64,000 nt of DNA. Origin: Verrucomicrobiaceae bacterium. GTDB lineage: Bacteria; Verrucomicrobiota; Verrucomicrobiia; Verrucomicrobiales; Akkermansiaceae. The notes below the pieces were generated by a model. The model saw only the letters and a program-made list of their open reading frames with translations. It did no database searches and had not been told where the DNA came from. The DNA is taken from contig JBPOGH010000007.1 of assembly GCA_051252135.1 (NCBI GenBank), positions 64,001 through 128,000 of the forward strand, given 5' to 3'. Within the stretch, counting starts at the first letter, position 1, and each line of letters opens with the position of its first letter. The position numbers and the translations under genes were made by a program. This document shows positions 9,289 to 18,238 of the stretch, in pieces.

Positions 9289-10506
9289 TTAGGCGTCGAG
9301 GCCGAAGGCGGTGTGGACGACGCGCGCGGCTTCTTCGATTTGTGATTCTTCGACGGTGACGGAGATTTTGATTTCGGAGGTGGAGATCATGCCGATGTTG
9401 ATGCCCGATTCGCCGAGGGCGGCGAACATTTTGGCGGCGACTCCGGAGTGGGAGCGCATGCCGATGCCGACGCAGGAGAGTTTGGCGATGCCGGCTTCGG
9501 TCTCGATTTCGGCTTCGCCACCGAGTTCGGTGAGCACGGGTTTGAGGGCGACCTGGGCGCGGCCGAGGTCGTTGGTGTGCATGGTGAAGGAGTGTCGGGC
9601 GCAACGATCGTGGGCGATGTTGGAGACGATCATGTCGATGTTGACCTCGGCATCAGCGAGGGCACCGAGGATACGGCCGGACATGCCGGGGGTATCGGGG
9701 ATGCCGGTGATGGTGACGCGGGCTTGGGAGCGCTCGATGGAGACTCCGCGGATGACTACTGCTTCCATGGCTTCGTGTTCTTCGGTGACGATGGTCCCGG
9801 GGTTGTTATTGAGGGAGGAGCGCACTTCGAATTTGACGCCAAACTTTTTGGCGAATTCGACGGAGCGCGATTGCATGACTTTGGTTCCGACCGAGGCGAG
9901 CTCGAGGAGTTCGTCATAGGAAATTTCGGGGAGCTTGCGTGCTTTGTCAACGACGCGGGGGTCGGCGGTGTAGACGCCATCGACATCGGTGAGGATTTGG
10001 CAGACGTCTGCTTTAACGGCCGAGGCGACGGCGATGGCGGAGAGGTCCGAGCCGCCGCGGCCGAGGGTGTGGATGAGGCCCTGGGGGGTGATTCCCTGAA
10101 AGCCTGCGACGATGGGAGTTTTTCCCTCGGCGATGCACTGGTTGAGGTAGTCGGGCTTGATGTCCTCGATGCGGCCCCGGGTATGGGAACCGCTGGTGAG
10201 GATGCCGGCCTGACGTCCGGTGACGGAGATGCCCTCGATGCCAATTTCATTGAGGGCCATGGCGAGGAGGGCGATGGATTGTTGTTCTCCGGAGGAGAGG
10301 AGGACGTCGAGTTCCCGTTCGACGGGATTTTTGGAGAGCTCCTGGGCCATGCCGATGAGCTTATCGGTCACGCCGCCCATAGCGGAGATGACGGCGACGA
10401 CTTGGTTTCCGGCATCGCGTTCCGCTTTGATGCGTCTGGCAACATTGCGAATGCGGTCGATGGAGCCGACGGATGTTCCGCCGTATTTTTGGACAATCAA
10501 GGCCAT
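9289..10506 (-). CDS. lysC: Aspartate kinase
   Basis: VQKYGGTSV, TLGRGGSD, DVDGVYTADPR and two C-terminal ACT domains. Confidence 0.97.
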   Translation of the reverse strand: MALIVQKYGGTSVGSIDRIRNVARRIKAERDAGNQVVAVISAMGGVTDKLIGMAQELSKNPVERELDVLLSSGEQQSIALLAMALNEIGIEGISVTGRQAGILTSGSHTRGRIEDIKPDYLNQCIAEGKTPIVAGFQGITPQGLIHTLGRGGSDLSAIAVASAVKADVCQILTDVDGVYTADPRVVDKARKLPEISYDELLELASVGTKVMQSRSVEFAKKFGVKFEVRSSLNNNPGTIVTEEHEAMEAVVIRGVSIERSQARVTITGIPDTPGMSGRILGALADAEVNIDMIVSNIAHDRCARHSFTMHTNDLGRAQVALKPVLTELGGEAEIETEAGIAKLSCVGIGMRSHSGVAAKMFAALGESGINIGMISTSEIKISVTVEESQIEEAARVVHTAFGLDA

Positions 10507-10560
10507 GGGAGAGGTGCGTCCTTACGCTGGTGCGGGGATTTAGGCAAGCTTCAGTGTATC

Positions 10561-10771
10561 GGGAAGCACTGATTAAAGAGGAAGCTCGCTGAAGTTTTTT
10601 ATGGATTCTTTAGCCAGGGAAGCTTCGCTTCCACAGGAAAAGGTGCTGCAGCCCTCTTGAACTCTGGCGGCGTTGCTCAGGGAGTCGCTGATCATCAGCG
10701 TCACCCTTCGCGCCTTGCCAGACTTCAACATGACTTGCAGCAGCGGACTACCTCCTCAATCAGCACTTCCC
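10561..10771. mobile_element. MITE-like element (IS5-like ends), 211 bp
   Basis: Imperfect 31-bp terminal inverted repeats (gggaagcactgattaaagaggaagctcgctg vs gggaagtgctgattgaggaggtagtccgctg, 24/31), a large internal hairpin, and a right end abutting the hom stop codon (ctag). Confidence 0.6.
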
Positions 10772-12084
10772 TAGACCTTTTCGATGCGGAAGACGACGGG
10801 TCGGGCGGTGATGCAGTCGAGGGATTCGACTTCGAGGAGGGCTTTTTTGAGTTTTCCGAAGGGGCAGGAGTGGAGGAGGAAGACCATTTCGACGAAGTCG
10901 GCATCGGGGTTATCGGCATCGACGGGGGAGTGGGTGCCGGAGATTCCGATGGCGTGGTCGGCGAGGATGCCGGAAATTTTGGCGATGACGCCGGGCTGGT
11001 CGTTGACCGAGAAGCGAACGTAGTAGGGGGTTTCGGTGTCCTCGATGGGGACGATTTTTCCATCGGTCCGGAAGGGGAGGAAGCCACGGGAGGCATCCGA
11101 TGAGCGGAGGGCGCGGGAGGCCTCGACGAGGTCGGAGACGACGGAAGAGGCGGTGGGTTCCTGTCCGGCACCGCGACCGTAGAAGAGGGAGTCGCCGAGT
11201 CCATCGCCTTTGACGGCGACGGCATTGAAGACGCCATTGACGGAGGCGAGGATGTGTTTTTTGGAGATGAAGGAGGGTTGGGTGCGGATTTCGATGGCGC
11301 CGCCGGAGCGTTCGCGAACGAAGGAGAGGAGTTTGACGACGTAGCCGAGCTCGGAGGCGAACTTGATGTCGAGTGGGGTGACTTTTTCGATGCCGCGGAC
11401 GTAGACGTTTTTTGGGTCGATGAGGAATCCGTGGGCGAGGGAGCCGAGGAGGATGGCCTTGTGGGCAGCGTCCCAGCCGTTGACGTCGAGGGTTTCGTCG
11501 GCTTCGGCATATCCGAGTTCTTTGGCTTCCTTGAGGGCTTCGGGGTAGCCGAGGCCGGCCTCGGTCATGCGCATGAGGATGTAATTGGAGGTGCCGTTGA
11601 TGATGCCGACGATGTCCTCGATGCGGTTTCCGATGAGGGAGTCCTGAACGGCCTTGATGATGGGGATGCCACCGGCGACGGCGGCCTCGAAGTGAATGGG
11701 GGTGTTCGTTTCGGCGGAAAGGGCGAAAAGCTCGGCTCCGCGCTCGGCGAGGAGGGCTTTGTTTCCGGTGACGACGGGCTTTTGGGCCTTGAGGGCAGCG
11801 GCTACGAGATCGAAGGCAGCGGTGGTGCCGCCGATGAGTTCGACCACGATATCGACGGACGGGTCGGTGACGACGTCCATGAGATTGGTGGTGAAGAGTT
11901 CATCGGGTGCGTCGACATCGCGAGATTTGGAGAGGTCGCGGACGGCGATTTTACGGATGGCGAGTTCGACATCTCCCTGGGATCGGGAGGTGATGAGGCC
12001 GCCATTTCGCTCGATGATTTTCCAAACGCCGGAGCCAACGGTTCCAAAGCCGGCGAGGCCGATTCCTGAAGAGGTGCAAGACAC
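10771..12084 (-). CDS. hom: Homoserine dehydrogenase
   Basis: GLAGFGTVG, VVTGNKA, EAAVAGGIP, NGTSNYIL, GYAEAD, YGRGAG and a C-terminal ACT domain. Confidence 0.97.
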   Translation of the reverse strand: MSCTSSGIGLAGFGTVGSGVWKIIERNGGLITSRSQGDVELAIRKIAVRDLSKSRDVDAPDELFTTNLMDVVTDPSVDIVVELIGGTTAAFDLVAAALKAQKPVVTGNKALLAERGAELFALSAETNTPIHFEAAVAGGIPIIKAVQDSLIGNRIEDIVGIINGTSNYILMRMTEAGLGYPEALKEAKELGYAEADETLDVNGWDAAHKAILLGSLAHGFLIDPKNVYVRGIEKVTPLDIKFASELGYVVKLLSFVRERSGGAIEIRTQPSFISKKHILASVNGVFNAVAVKGDGLGDSLFYGRGAGQEPTASSVVSDLVEASRALRSSDASRGFLPFRTDGKIVPIEDTETPYYVRFSVNDQPGVIAKISGILADHAIGISGTHSPVDADNPDADFVEMVFLLHSCPFGKLKKALLEVESLDCITARPVVFRIEKV

Positions 12085-12183
12085 GGGGAGGTGTTACTGG
12101 GGAATTGGGCCGGATGGGAGAAGAAAAATGTGGGAGATACATGAATTGCACATGGCAATTGCTCCGTTATAGTCAGAGAGACG

Positions 12184-13320
12184 ATGGACTACGGATATTC
12201 CTGGGAACACGAAAGCACCTATGAGCCACCCAAGCAGGGCGGGTTCGGATGGGCTGTGCTGGTGGCTGTCGTGGTGGCGCTTCTGGCCCACGTGGCGTTC
12301 ATCATTGGACCGGGAAGTCGATTGATTGAGCTGGATATTACCGAGCCGACCGAGTGGGTGTCTGATCCGGTGAGGTTGACGGCGGTGGATTCGGAGCCCG
12401 AGATTATTTCCGAGCCTCCGCCGGAGGAAGAGATTGAGCGGCCGGATACCGAGGGTGAGTTGATTGCGGACATTGAGGATGTGCTTCCCGAGCTGAAGGA
12501 TGTGGAGATTGATATTTCTCCACTTGAGGATGATGCGCTTCCGGAGATGAAGATTGAGAAGCCGGCGCTGAAGGGGGAGGAGGATGGAGATTTGTTGAAG
12601 CCGACGGTGGGTGTGGATACGGCGGCGGAGGTTCCCGAGTTGGGGACGGTGGCGAATTTGTTTCCGGAAGCGAAAGCGAGCCAGCTGGTGGTGGATTCCG
12701 GGAGTCCGCTTGAGGATGTTCTGAATCCGGACAAAGTGGCCCAGGACCTGGGGAAGGTCAAAGGAGCGGGAGGCGAGAGTGAAAACGGGGTGCTGACGGG
12801 TTACACCGGGCTGGAGGCCTATGCCCGGATGACACCGGGTGATCTTCAGAGGAACAAGGCGTCGATTGGGAGCGATCTGCTTTTTGAATACAATGAGTCG
12901 AACCTGCGCGATGATGCGCGTCTGACTTTGATGACAGTAGCGATGTTGATTGAGCGTAATCCCAACATGTATTGCTGGGTGGAAGGTCATACCGATTTGT
13001 TCGGGCCGGATGATTTTAATCTGGAGCTCTCGAAGAAGCGGGCGCAAGCGGTGAAGGACTGGATTGTGGGTGCTCTGCAGCTGAGCCCGGAGCGCATTGT
13101 GGTGCGGCCCTACGGGAAGCAGGAGCCGGTTGTTTTGGAAGGTTCGATTGAAGATCAGGCGCCGAACCGGCGGGTGGACATCAAGATGCGTAAGACGCTG
13201 CCCCAACCGGTGAAGATGCTGGTGAAGCCGGGTCGTGCGGTGGTGGTGGAAGATGATGACGAGGTGCCGGCGGCACTTCCGGTGAGGGAACCCCCGGTGG
13301 CCATTCCGGTGGAGGAGTAG
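12184..13320 (+). CDS. OmpA-family peptidoglycan-binding protein with N-terminal membrane anchor and acidic linker
   Basis: VEGHTD...NLELSKKRAQAV...NRRVDI OmpA-C motifs. Confidence 0.88.
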   Translation: MDYGYSWEHESTYEPPKQGGFGWAVLVAVVVALLAHVAFIIGPGSRLIELDITEPTEWVSDPVRLTAVDSEPEIISEPPPEEEIERPDTEGELIADIEDVLPELKDVEIDISPLEDDALPEMKIEKPALKGEEDGDLLKPTVGVDTAAEVPELGTVANLFPEAKASQLVVDSGSPLEDVLNPDKVAQDLGKVKGAGGESENGVLTGYTGLEAYARMTPGDLQRNKASIGSDLLFEYNESNLRDDARLTLMTVAMLIERNPNMYCWVEGHTDLFGPDDFNLELSKKRAQAVKDWIVGALQLSPERIVVRPYGKQEPVVLEGSIEDQAPNRRVDIKMRKTLPQPVKMLVKPGRAVVVEDDDEVPAALPVREPPVAIPVEE

Positions 13321-13351
13321 GTTTGAGGTCGAGGATTAACATACGATTACT

Positions 13352-14152
13352 GTGGTAAATATTCTCCCCGAACCGCCGAAGTGGAATGCCGTCATGGGAT
13401 TCGACTTTGATGATACGCTGATGATGGGCGAGGAACATCGTCCGAGGATTGATCCGGAGTTTTTTGAGTGTATCCGGTGGATTCGGGCGAACTATGGAGC
13501 GGCGTGGGGTATCTGCACGGGGCGGTCTTTGCATCAATTGGTGGAGGGGTTTAACTCGGGGAAGTTTCCGTTTTTGCCGGATTTTGTGGTGGCGAGAGAG
13601 CGGGAGATTTATTTTCCGGGTCAGTTTGGGCGGTGGTTGCCGCATGAGGAGTGGAACAAGCGGTGTGAGAAGGATCACAAGCGGTTGTTTCGTAAATCGA
13701 AGCGGGTGCTGGCGAAGGTGCGCAAGTATGTGGAGAAGCAGACGGAGGGGCGTTGGGTTTCGGTAGAGGGTGATCCCGCGGGAATTATTGCGGGGTCGGA
13801 GGATGAGATGGCGGGGATTATCAAATTTTACGAAAGCCTCCCGAAGGTGGACTCCTTGGGCTATGAGCGGAATGGGGTTTATTTGCGGTTCACGCACACG
13901 GATTTCCGGAAGGGGACGGGGCTGCGGGAGGCGGCGGCCCGCTGGGGGGTGATGCCGGGTCATATTTTGGCGGTTGGCGATAATTTCAATGATATCAGCA
14001 TGTTGGGGGCGGATGTGTGCGGTGCCTGCGGGTGTCCGGGGAATGCGGTGCCGGCGGTGAAGGAGCTGGTGAAGGCACGCGGGGGGAAGGTGGCGTTGAA
14101 GGAAGGAAGCCGGGGGGTGATGGAGGTCCTGGGATACTATTTCAACCAGTGA
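13352..14152 (+). CDS. HAD-IIB (Cof-like) phosphatase
   Basis: DFDDT motif I, CTGR, KG, VGDNFNDISML. Confidence 0.88.
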   Translation: MVNILPEPPKWNAVMGFDFDDTLMMGEEHRPRIDPEFFECIRWIRANYGAAWGICTGRSLHQLVEGFNSGKFPFLPDFVVAREREIYFPGQFGRWLPHEEWNKRCEKDHKRLFRKSKRVLAKVRKYVEKQTEGRWVSVEGDPAGIIAGSEDEMAGIIKFYESLPKVDSLGYERNGVYLRFTHTDFRKGTGLREAAARWGVMPGHILAVGDNFNDISMLGADVCGACGCPGNAVPAVKELVKARGGKVALKEGSRGVMEVLGYYFNQ

Positions 14153-14751
14153 GTTATTGGGGGGAGCTGGGGGCTTTTGCGGTGGTGATGGCGGTGGGGC
14201 AGTTTAGCCCGGGACCGGACATGCTGCTGCTGACGCGGACGGCCTTGGCGGAGGGGCTGCGGGCGGGGTGGCTGATGGTGCTGGGGATTGTGACGGGGCT
14301 GGCGCTGCACGCGACGCTGGCGATCGGGGGGATGGCGGTGCTCTTGGCGCAGGGCGGGCTGTTGGCGCGGATGGTGGGGATGTTGGCGGCGGGGTATCTT
14401 TTTTGGTTGGGGTGGGGGTTGTTGGTGAAAACACCGGGGGAAGATGGAGAGGCGGGAGAGCTGAGGCGGAGTCCGTATTTGAGGGGGTTGTTTTGCAATT
14501 TGTTGAATCCAAAGGTGTTGGTGTTTTTTGCGGGGGTGGTGGCTCCGTTTTTGACGGGCGGGCATCCGGGATGGTGGCCGTTTGCGCTGTGGGGGATGAT
14601 TGTGGGGGAGGGCTTGGTGCTGTGGTGTTTGTGGGTATGGTTGTTGCAGAACGGGAAGGTGAAGCGGGCGTATCAGCGGGCGGGGAGGCTGTTGGATGTG
14701 CTGTTTGGGACGGGGTTGGTGGTGTTGGGGGTGAAATTGTTGTGGGGGTGA
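14149..14751 (+). CDS. LysE/RhtB-family exporter
   Basis: SPGPD and NLLNPK motifs; GTG start overlaps the HAD stop codon. Confidence 0.9.
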   Translation: MSYWGELGAFAVVMAVGQFSPGPDMLLLTRTALAEGLRAGWLMVLGIVTGLALHATLAIGGMAVLLAQGGLLARMVGMLAAGYLFWLGWGLLVKTPGEDGEAGELRRSPYLRGLFCNLLNPKVLVFFAGVVAPFLTGGHPGWWPFALWGMIVGEGLVLWCLWVWLLQNGKVKRAYQRAGRLLDVLFGTGLVVLGVKLLWG

Positions 14752-14793
14752 AGGGAGTGGGGGGATTTGTTTAGGGTGGGGGGATGAGGCGAT

Positions 14794-14981
14794 CCGGGCG
14801 ATCAAGCTAGGAAACCAAGAAGCTGCAAGGTTTACGACGTCGGCTCTTAGCGTTTGGCTCTTAGCTTTTAGCCCGGTCGTCCGAAACTACTGCGAGAAAG
14901 CTATGAGCCAATTGCGAAAGGCTAATGGCCATGGTGGTTCTACCAGTTCGCTCCGCTTTTCTCCCTAGCTTGATCGCCCTG
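14794..14981. mobile_element. MITE with IS4-like ends, 188 bp
   Basis: Perfect 16-bp inverted repeat gggcgatcaagctagg (14796-14811 / 14964-14979), extending to 18 bp with one mismatch; flanked by a 10-bp near-duplication atgaggcgat / atgagacgat. Confidence 0.8.
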
Positions 14982-15055
14982 ATGAGACGATGGCGGATCG
15001 GGGCTTGACGAAGAAATCAGATGAACAGTAGAATTTCGCAATCCTGTGAAGGGGG

Positions 15056-15113
15056 AAATAGGGGGATGCACGCAGACCCCGGTTCCCGGGGCAGGTGATC
15101 CCTACTGTTCTGC
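15056..15113 (+). other. Degenerate attC-like site ending in core site GTTCTGC (start of cassette 1)
   Basis: gggat[g]cac...ccccgg pairs with ccgggg...gtgatccc; the inverse core AAC is lost. Confidence 0.5.
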
Positions 15114-15135
15114 TAGATGATTTAAGAAACACACT

Positions 15136-15375
15136 ATGGATAAAGAAACAGAAAGACAGATATTGAATGATCAAAAAATTAACTTCTACGAAGATGAGGA
15201 AGGATCTAATTTCTTTTTCATCTCAGATCGAGTTATTGGGTTAAACGATAAAGAAGATATTGTTACCAACCTAGCAGGTAAAGTTAAATCAGGTGTAGTC
15301 ACATACGAGAAAATTATTTCTGAATCAGATCAACCGTTATATCGTATTTTTTTAGTAGCTGACCAAACTCCTTAG
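15136..15375 (+). CDS. Hypothetical protein, integron cassette 1
   Basis: AT-rich 79-aa ORF starting 22 nt after GTTCTGC. Confidence 0.55.
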   Translation: MDKETERQILNDQKINFYEDEEGSNFFFISDRVIGLNDKEDIVTNLAGKVKSGVVTYEKIISESDQPLYRIFLVADQTP

Positions 15376-15580
15376 CCGCATCATCATTATCCAGAAGCTT
15401 ATCCATAAGAGCAGGGATGATTGCTTTTAGGGTTACGGGGTGTGAGATATGTTCACCGTTTGGTCCTAGTTCGTCTACTCCGTGGACAAAATATTTAGGG
15501 AACTCCCTAGATGCAGAACAAGACGTGGAACCTAACGATTTCTCGTCATTTGGTTCTGTATTATTTTCTGTAGTTTTCAT
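15314..15580 (-). CDS. Hypothetical protein, antisense ORF starting inside the attC loop
   Basis: 88-aa ORF with protein-like composition; ATG lies in the attC variable loop. Confidence 0.4.
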   Translation of the reverse strand: MKTTENNTEPNDEKSLGSTSCSASREFPKYFVHGVDELGPNGEHISHPVTLKAIIPALMDKLLDNDDAAKEFGQLLKKYDITVDLIQK

Positions 15581-15644
15581 ATGATATTACTTATGAACAC
15601 GTTTTGGTTTGTCAAGAAATCGTAGGTTCACTTTAACGTTCGAG
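15513..15644 (+). other. attC recombination site (132 bp)
   Basis: R'' GCAGAAC ... R' GTTCGAG. Arms gtg[g]aacct[a]acgatttct / agaaatcgtaggttcac pair with two extrahelical bases. R'' complements GTTCTGC at 15107. Confidence 0.9.
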
Positions 15645-15645
15645 A

Positions 15646-16146
15646 ATGAATATGCCGAGTAACGTCCAAACTATTCGTTTTTTCGCGCTCCGAATCTTTC
15701 TTGGACTCACAGCACTCGGCTGGGGTATTTGCGTAGCAGGTGTTCTCGTGCCTAGTTCAATGGCGTTTGAGTTCGTGGGGCTAATTGCAGACGTCGACAC
15801 CACTCCTTTTGAAAGTGATCCAATGTTTGATTACTGGTTGCGGATGGCTTCCAGTGTTTTCGCGTTAGTCGGCCTTGGATACCTAGGACTCGCAATTTGG
15901 CCTACCCGTTTTGCAATCGTGCTGCCCTTCGCTGGAGCATTCATGATACTGGAAGGTTTAGTCTTGCTGATTCATGGTTTGCGCCTTGGCTTGGACCCGG
16001 TGCCATTCCTAGGAGACACAACTTTTTGTCTCGCTGGCGGAATTGGAATCCTAGGGTGCATGGGGTCAGGGCGGTCGAATACGAACCCTAAAACAAGAAA
16101 TCTCGAACAAGATGCTGCGGTGAAAGAGTCTGATCAGACTGCTTGA
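15646..16146 (+). CDS. Four-TM membrane protein, integron cassette 2
   Basis: 166-aa hydrophobic ORF directly after GTTCGAG; the matching inverse core CTCGAAC is at 16102-16108. Confidence 0.75.
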   Translation: MNMPSNVQTIRFFALRIFLGLTALGWGICVAGVLVPSSMAFEFVGLIADVDTTPFESDPMFDYWLRMASSVFALVGLGYLGLAIWPTRFAIVLPFAGAFMILEGLVLLIHGLRLGLDPVPFLGDTTFCLAGGIGILGCMGSGRSNTNPKTRNLEQDAAVKESDQTA

Positions 16147-16316
16147 ATTTCTGTTCCTGATCATCCAGTGGAGGGACAGAATCGGGATGGGAGAGCGGGC
16201 TGCGGGTGGGTGCTCAGAGGGGGCGGGGTGCTGGGCTTGCCCATGATTTTGGGCAGGGGGAAACCCCACGCGTTGCGTGGGGCTACGTTATGTCGCCCCC
16301 GTGGGGCTTTTGGGTT
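16106..16316 (+). repeat. About 210-bp repeat (half attC plus REP-like hairpins), copy 1
   Basis: Near-identical to 16885-17096, starting exactly at the AAC of R''; contains ccccacgcgttgcgtgggg and gcccccgtggggc hairpins. Confidence 0.9.
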
Positions 16317-16392
16317 GCGGTTGGGTGCTTAGAGGGGGCGGGGTGTCGGGCTTGAAGCAGGGGGGTGGCAGCGGGACGAAGCACAAGAGGAA

Positions 16393-16529
16393 GGAGAACA
16401 AGCGGAAGTTAGCGACCACATCCCGCGCTGAAAGTTGAGTTTGAGTTTTCCGGCTTCGTTGGATATCGTTTTGTAATTGGAAGCTGGTCGGCACCATCGG
16501 GATGGGTCGCCAGTTCCTGAACGTTATGC
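16393..16529 (+). other. attC recombination site (137 bp); its own cassette is missing
   Basis: R'' GGAGAAC ... R' GTTATGC; arms ggaa[g]ttagcgacc[a]catcccg / cgggatgggtcgccagttcc. Confidence 0.85.
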
Positions 16530-16541
16530 CAAGAAAAACAC

Positions 16542-16880
16542 ATGTGGAAGGGAGTCGAGGTAGTTGAAGGCGAGCGGTATCGCGTCGGGCTTAAATCAAG
16601 CTCTGATGGGCAGCGGACAACCGCACTTGTTCGCGACGGAGATGACGAGACTGAGTTCGATTTCGTCACGGAGATCGTTGAGGATTTCGAGGCGCTACAA
16701 AACCGAAATCTACGAAAGATTCTGGATGCGACGCCATTGAATGATGGCTCGAACGTTTGGCTCGACGCTCATAATATTTGGTTTACATCAGCTGAGATGG
16801 ATCAGCTCGAAGAGAGTGATCATGACTTCTCCGCCGTAGATTGGCACCGTGGCATTCCGCCGCAACTCGCACCAAAATAG
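16542..16880 (+). CDS. Hypothetical protein, integron cassette 3
   Basis: 112-aa ORF between GTTATGC (16523) and the matching GCATAAC (16881), which follows the stop codon directly. Confidence 0.75.
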   Translation: MWKGVEVVEGERYRVGLKSSSDGQRTTALVRDGDDETEFDFVTEIVEDFEALQNRNLRKILDATPLNDGSNVWLDAHNIWFTSAEMDQLEESDHDFSAVDWHRGIPPQLAPK

Positions 16881-16884
16881 GCAT

Positions 16885-17096
16885 AACAAGATGCTGCGTT
16901 GAAAGAGTCTGATCAAACTGAGTGAATTTTTGTTCCTGATCATCCAGTGGAGGGACAGAATCGGGATGGGAGAGAGGGCTGCGGGTGGGTGCCCAGGGGG
17001 GGGCGGGGTGCCGGGCTTGCCTCTGATTTTGGGCAGGGGGAAACCCCAGGCGTTGCCTGGGGCTACGTTATGTCGCCCCCGTGGGGCTTGTGGGTT
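16885..17096 (+). repeat. About 210-bp repeat (half attC plus REP-like hairpins), copy 2
   Basis: See copy 1; the REP hairpin carries a compensatory change (ccccaggcgttgcctgggg). Confidence 0.9.
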
Positions 17097-17117
17097 TCCC
17101 CATGATTTTTGGGCACG

Positions 17118-17145
17118 AAAAAACCCCGGGGTTAGCCGGGGTTTT
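17118..17145 (-). terminator. Intrinsic terminator of the Gfo/Idh/MocA gene
   Basis: aaaaaaccccggggttagccggggtttt hairpin with a U-tract on the minus strand. Confidence 0.75.
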
Positions 17146-17164
17146 GAGAGGTTGGCGGTGATAT

Positions 17165-18208
17165 TTAGAGGAAGATTTTCTTTCCGTCGTTTTTGGCGCT
17201 CTCGTAGATGGCGCTGATGAGCTCGACTGATTTGCGGGCTTCGGCGGAGTTGGTGGAGGGCTCGCGGCCTTCGGCGATGGCGTTGACGACTTCCTCGAAG
17301 TTCCGCTGGTGCTGGTAGGTGTTGATGGCGGTGGGGTCGTTGGCCCCGAGTCCGGCTTCCTGGCCTTTCATGAGGGAGGCTTTGATTTCGGCGTCCTCGG
17401 GTTTCTCGTCTCTGAAGTCCCAGATTTCAAAGGCTTCATCGGCGAGGAAGACGGAGCCTTCGGTTCCGGCGAGCTGGACGCGGGCGGGGTGACCGTCCTT
17501 GGACCAGGTGGCGGTGGAGGCCTCGATGACGCCGCGGGCTCCGTTCTCGAATTCGAGGAGGGCGACGCAGTGGTCTTCGACCTCGATGCGCTCATGGGCG
17601 AGGCAGACGGTGTTGGCCTGAACGGATTTGACGGGGCCGGCGAGGTAGAGGAGGGCGTCGACGGTGTGGATGGATTGGTTCATCAGCGAACCTCCGCCAT
17701 CGAGGGCCCAGGTGCCGCGCCAGCCGGCGGAATCGTAGTAAGCCTGATCGCGGTACCATTTGATGTAAGCGGAGGCGGAGGCGAGGACCCCGAAGCGTCC
17801 TTCATCGGAGGCTTTTTTGAAGGCGTCCATGCCGGGGTGGAAGCGGCGGTTGAGGACGGCGGCGATGGTCTTGCCGTTGGCCTTGGCGGCATCGATGAGT
17901 TGATCGATGCGGGGAAGGGTGATTTCGAGGGGTTTTTCGACGATGACGTGCTTGCCGGCGTTGAGGGCGGCGAGGCTGGGCTCGAGGTGGGCACCGCTGG
18001 GGGTGCCGACGGTGACGATTTCGAGCTCGGGGTCCGCGAGGAACTCGGCCATGTCGGAGAAGGCTTTGACTCCGTATTCGGCGGCGAGTTTTTCGGCGGC
18101 TTCCTGGCGGAGGTCGAAGACTGAGTGGAGTTCGCCACCGGACATGTCCGTGATGGCCTTGGCGTGGAAGTGGCCGATCATGCCGGCGCCGATGATTCCG
18201 AATTTCAT
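17165..18208 (-). CDS. Gfo/Idh/MocA-family oxidoreductase
   Basis: GIIGAGMIG, HVIVEKP, GGGSLMNQSIH. Confidence 0.93.
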   Translation of the reverse strand: MKFGIIGAGMIGHFHAKAITDMSGGELHSVFDLRQEAAEKLAAEYGVKAFSDMAEFLADPELEIVTVGTPSGAHLEPSLAALNAGKHVIVEKPLEITLPRIDQLIDAAKANGKTIAAVLNRRFHPGMDAFKKASDEGRFGVLASASAYIKWYRDQAYYDSAGWRGTWALDGGGSLMNQSIHTVDALLYLAGPVKSVQANTVCLAHERIEVEDHCVALLEFENGARGVIEASTATWSKDGHPARVQLAGTEGSVFLADEAFEIWDFRDEKPEDAEIKASLMKGQEAGLGANDPTAINTYQHQRNFEEVVNAIAEGREPSTNSAEARKSVELISAIYESAKNDGKKIFL

Positions 18209-18238
18209 AATGATAAAGTCAGGTGTGAGGGAAGGCGA

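Noticed and set aside
10507..10770. Lysine riboswitch or attenuator upstream of lysC
   Set aside because: No recognisable L-box motifs or leader peptide; terminal inverted repeats fit a MITE better.
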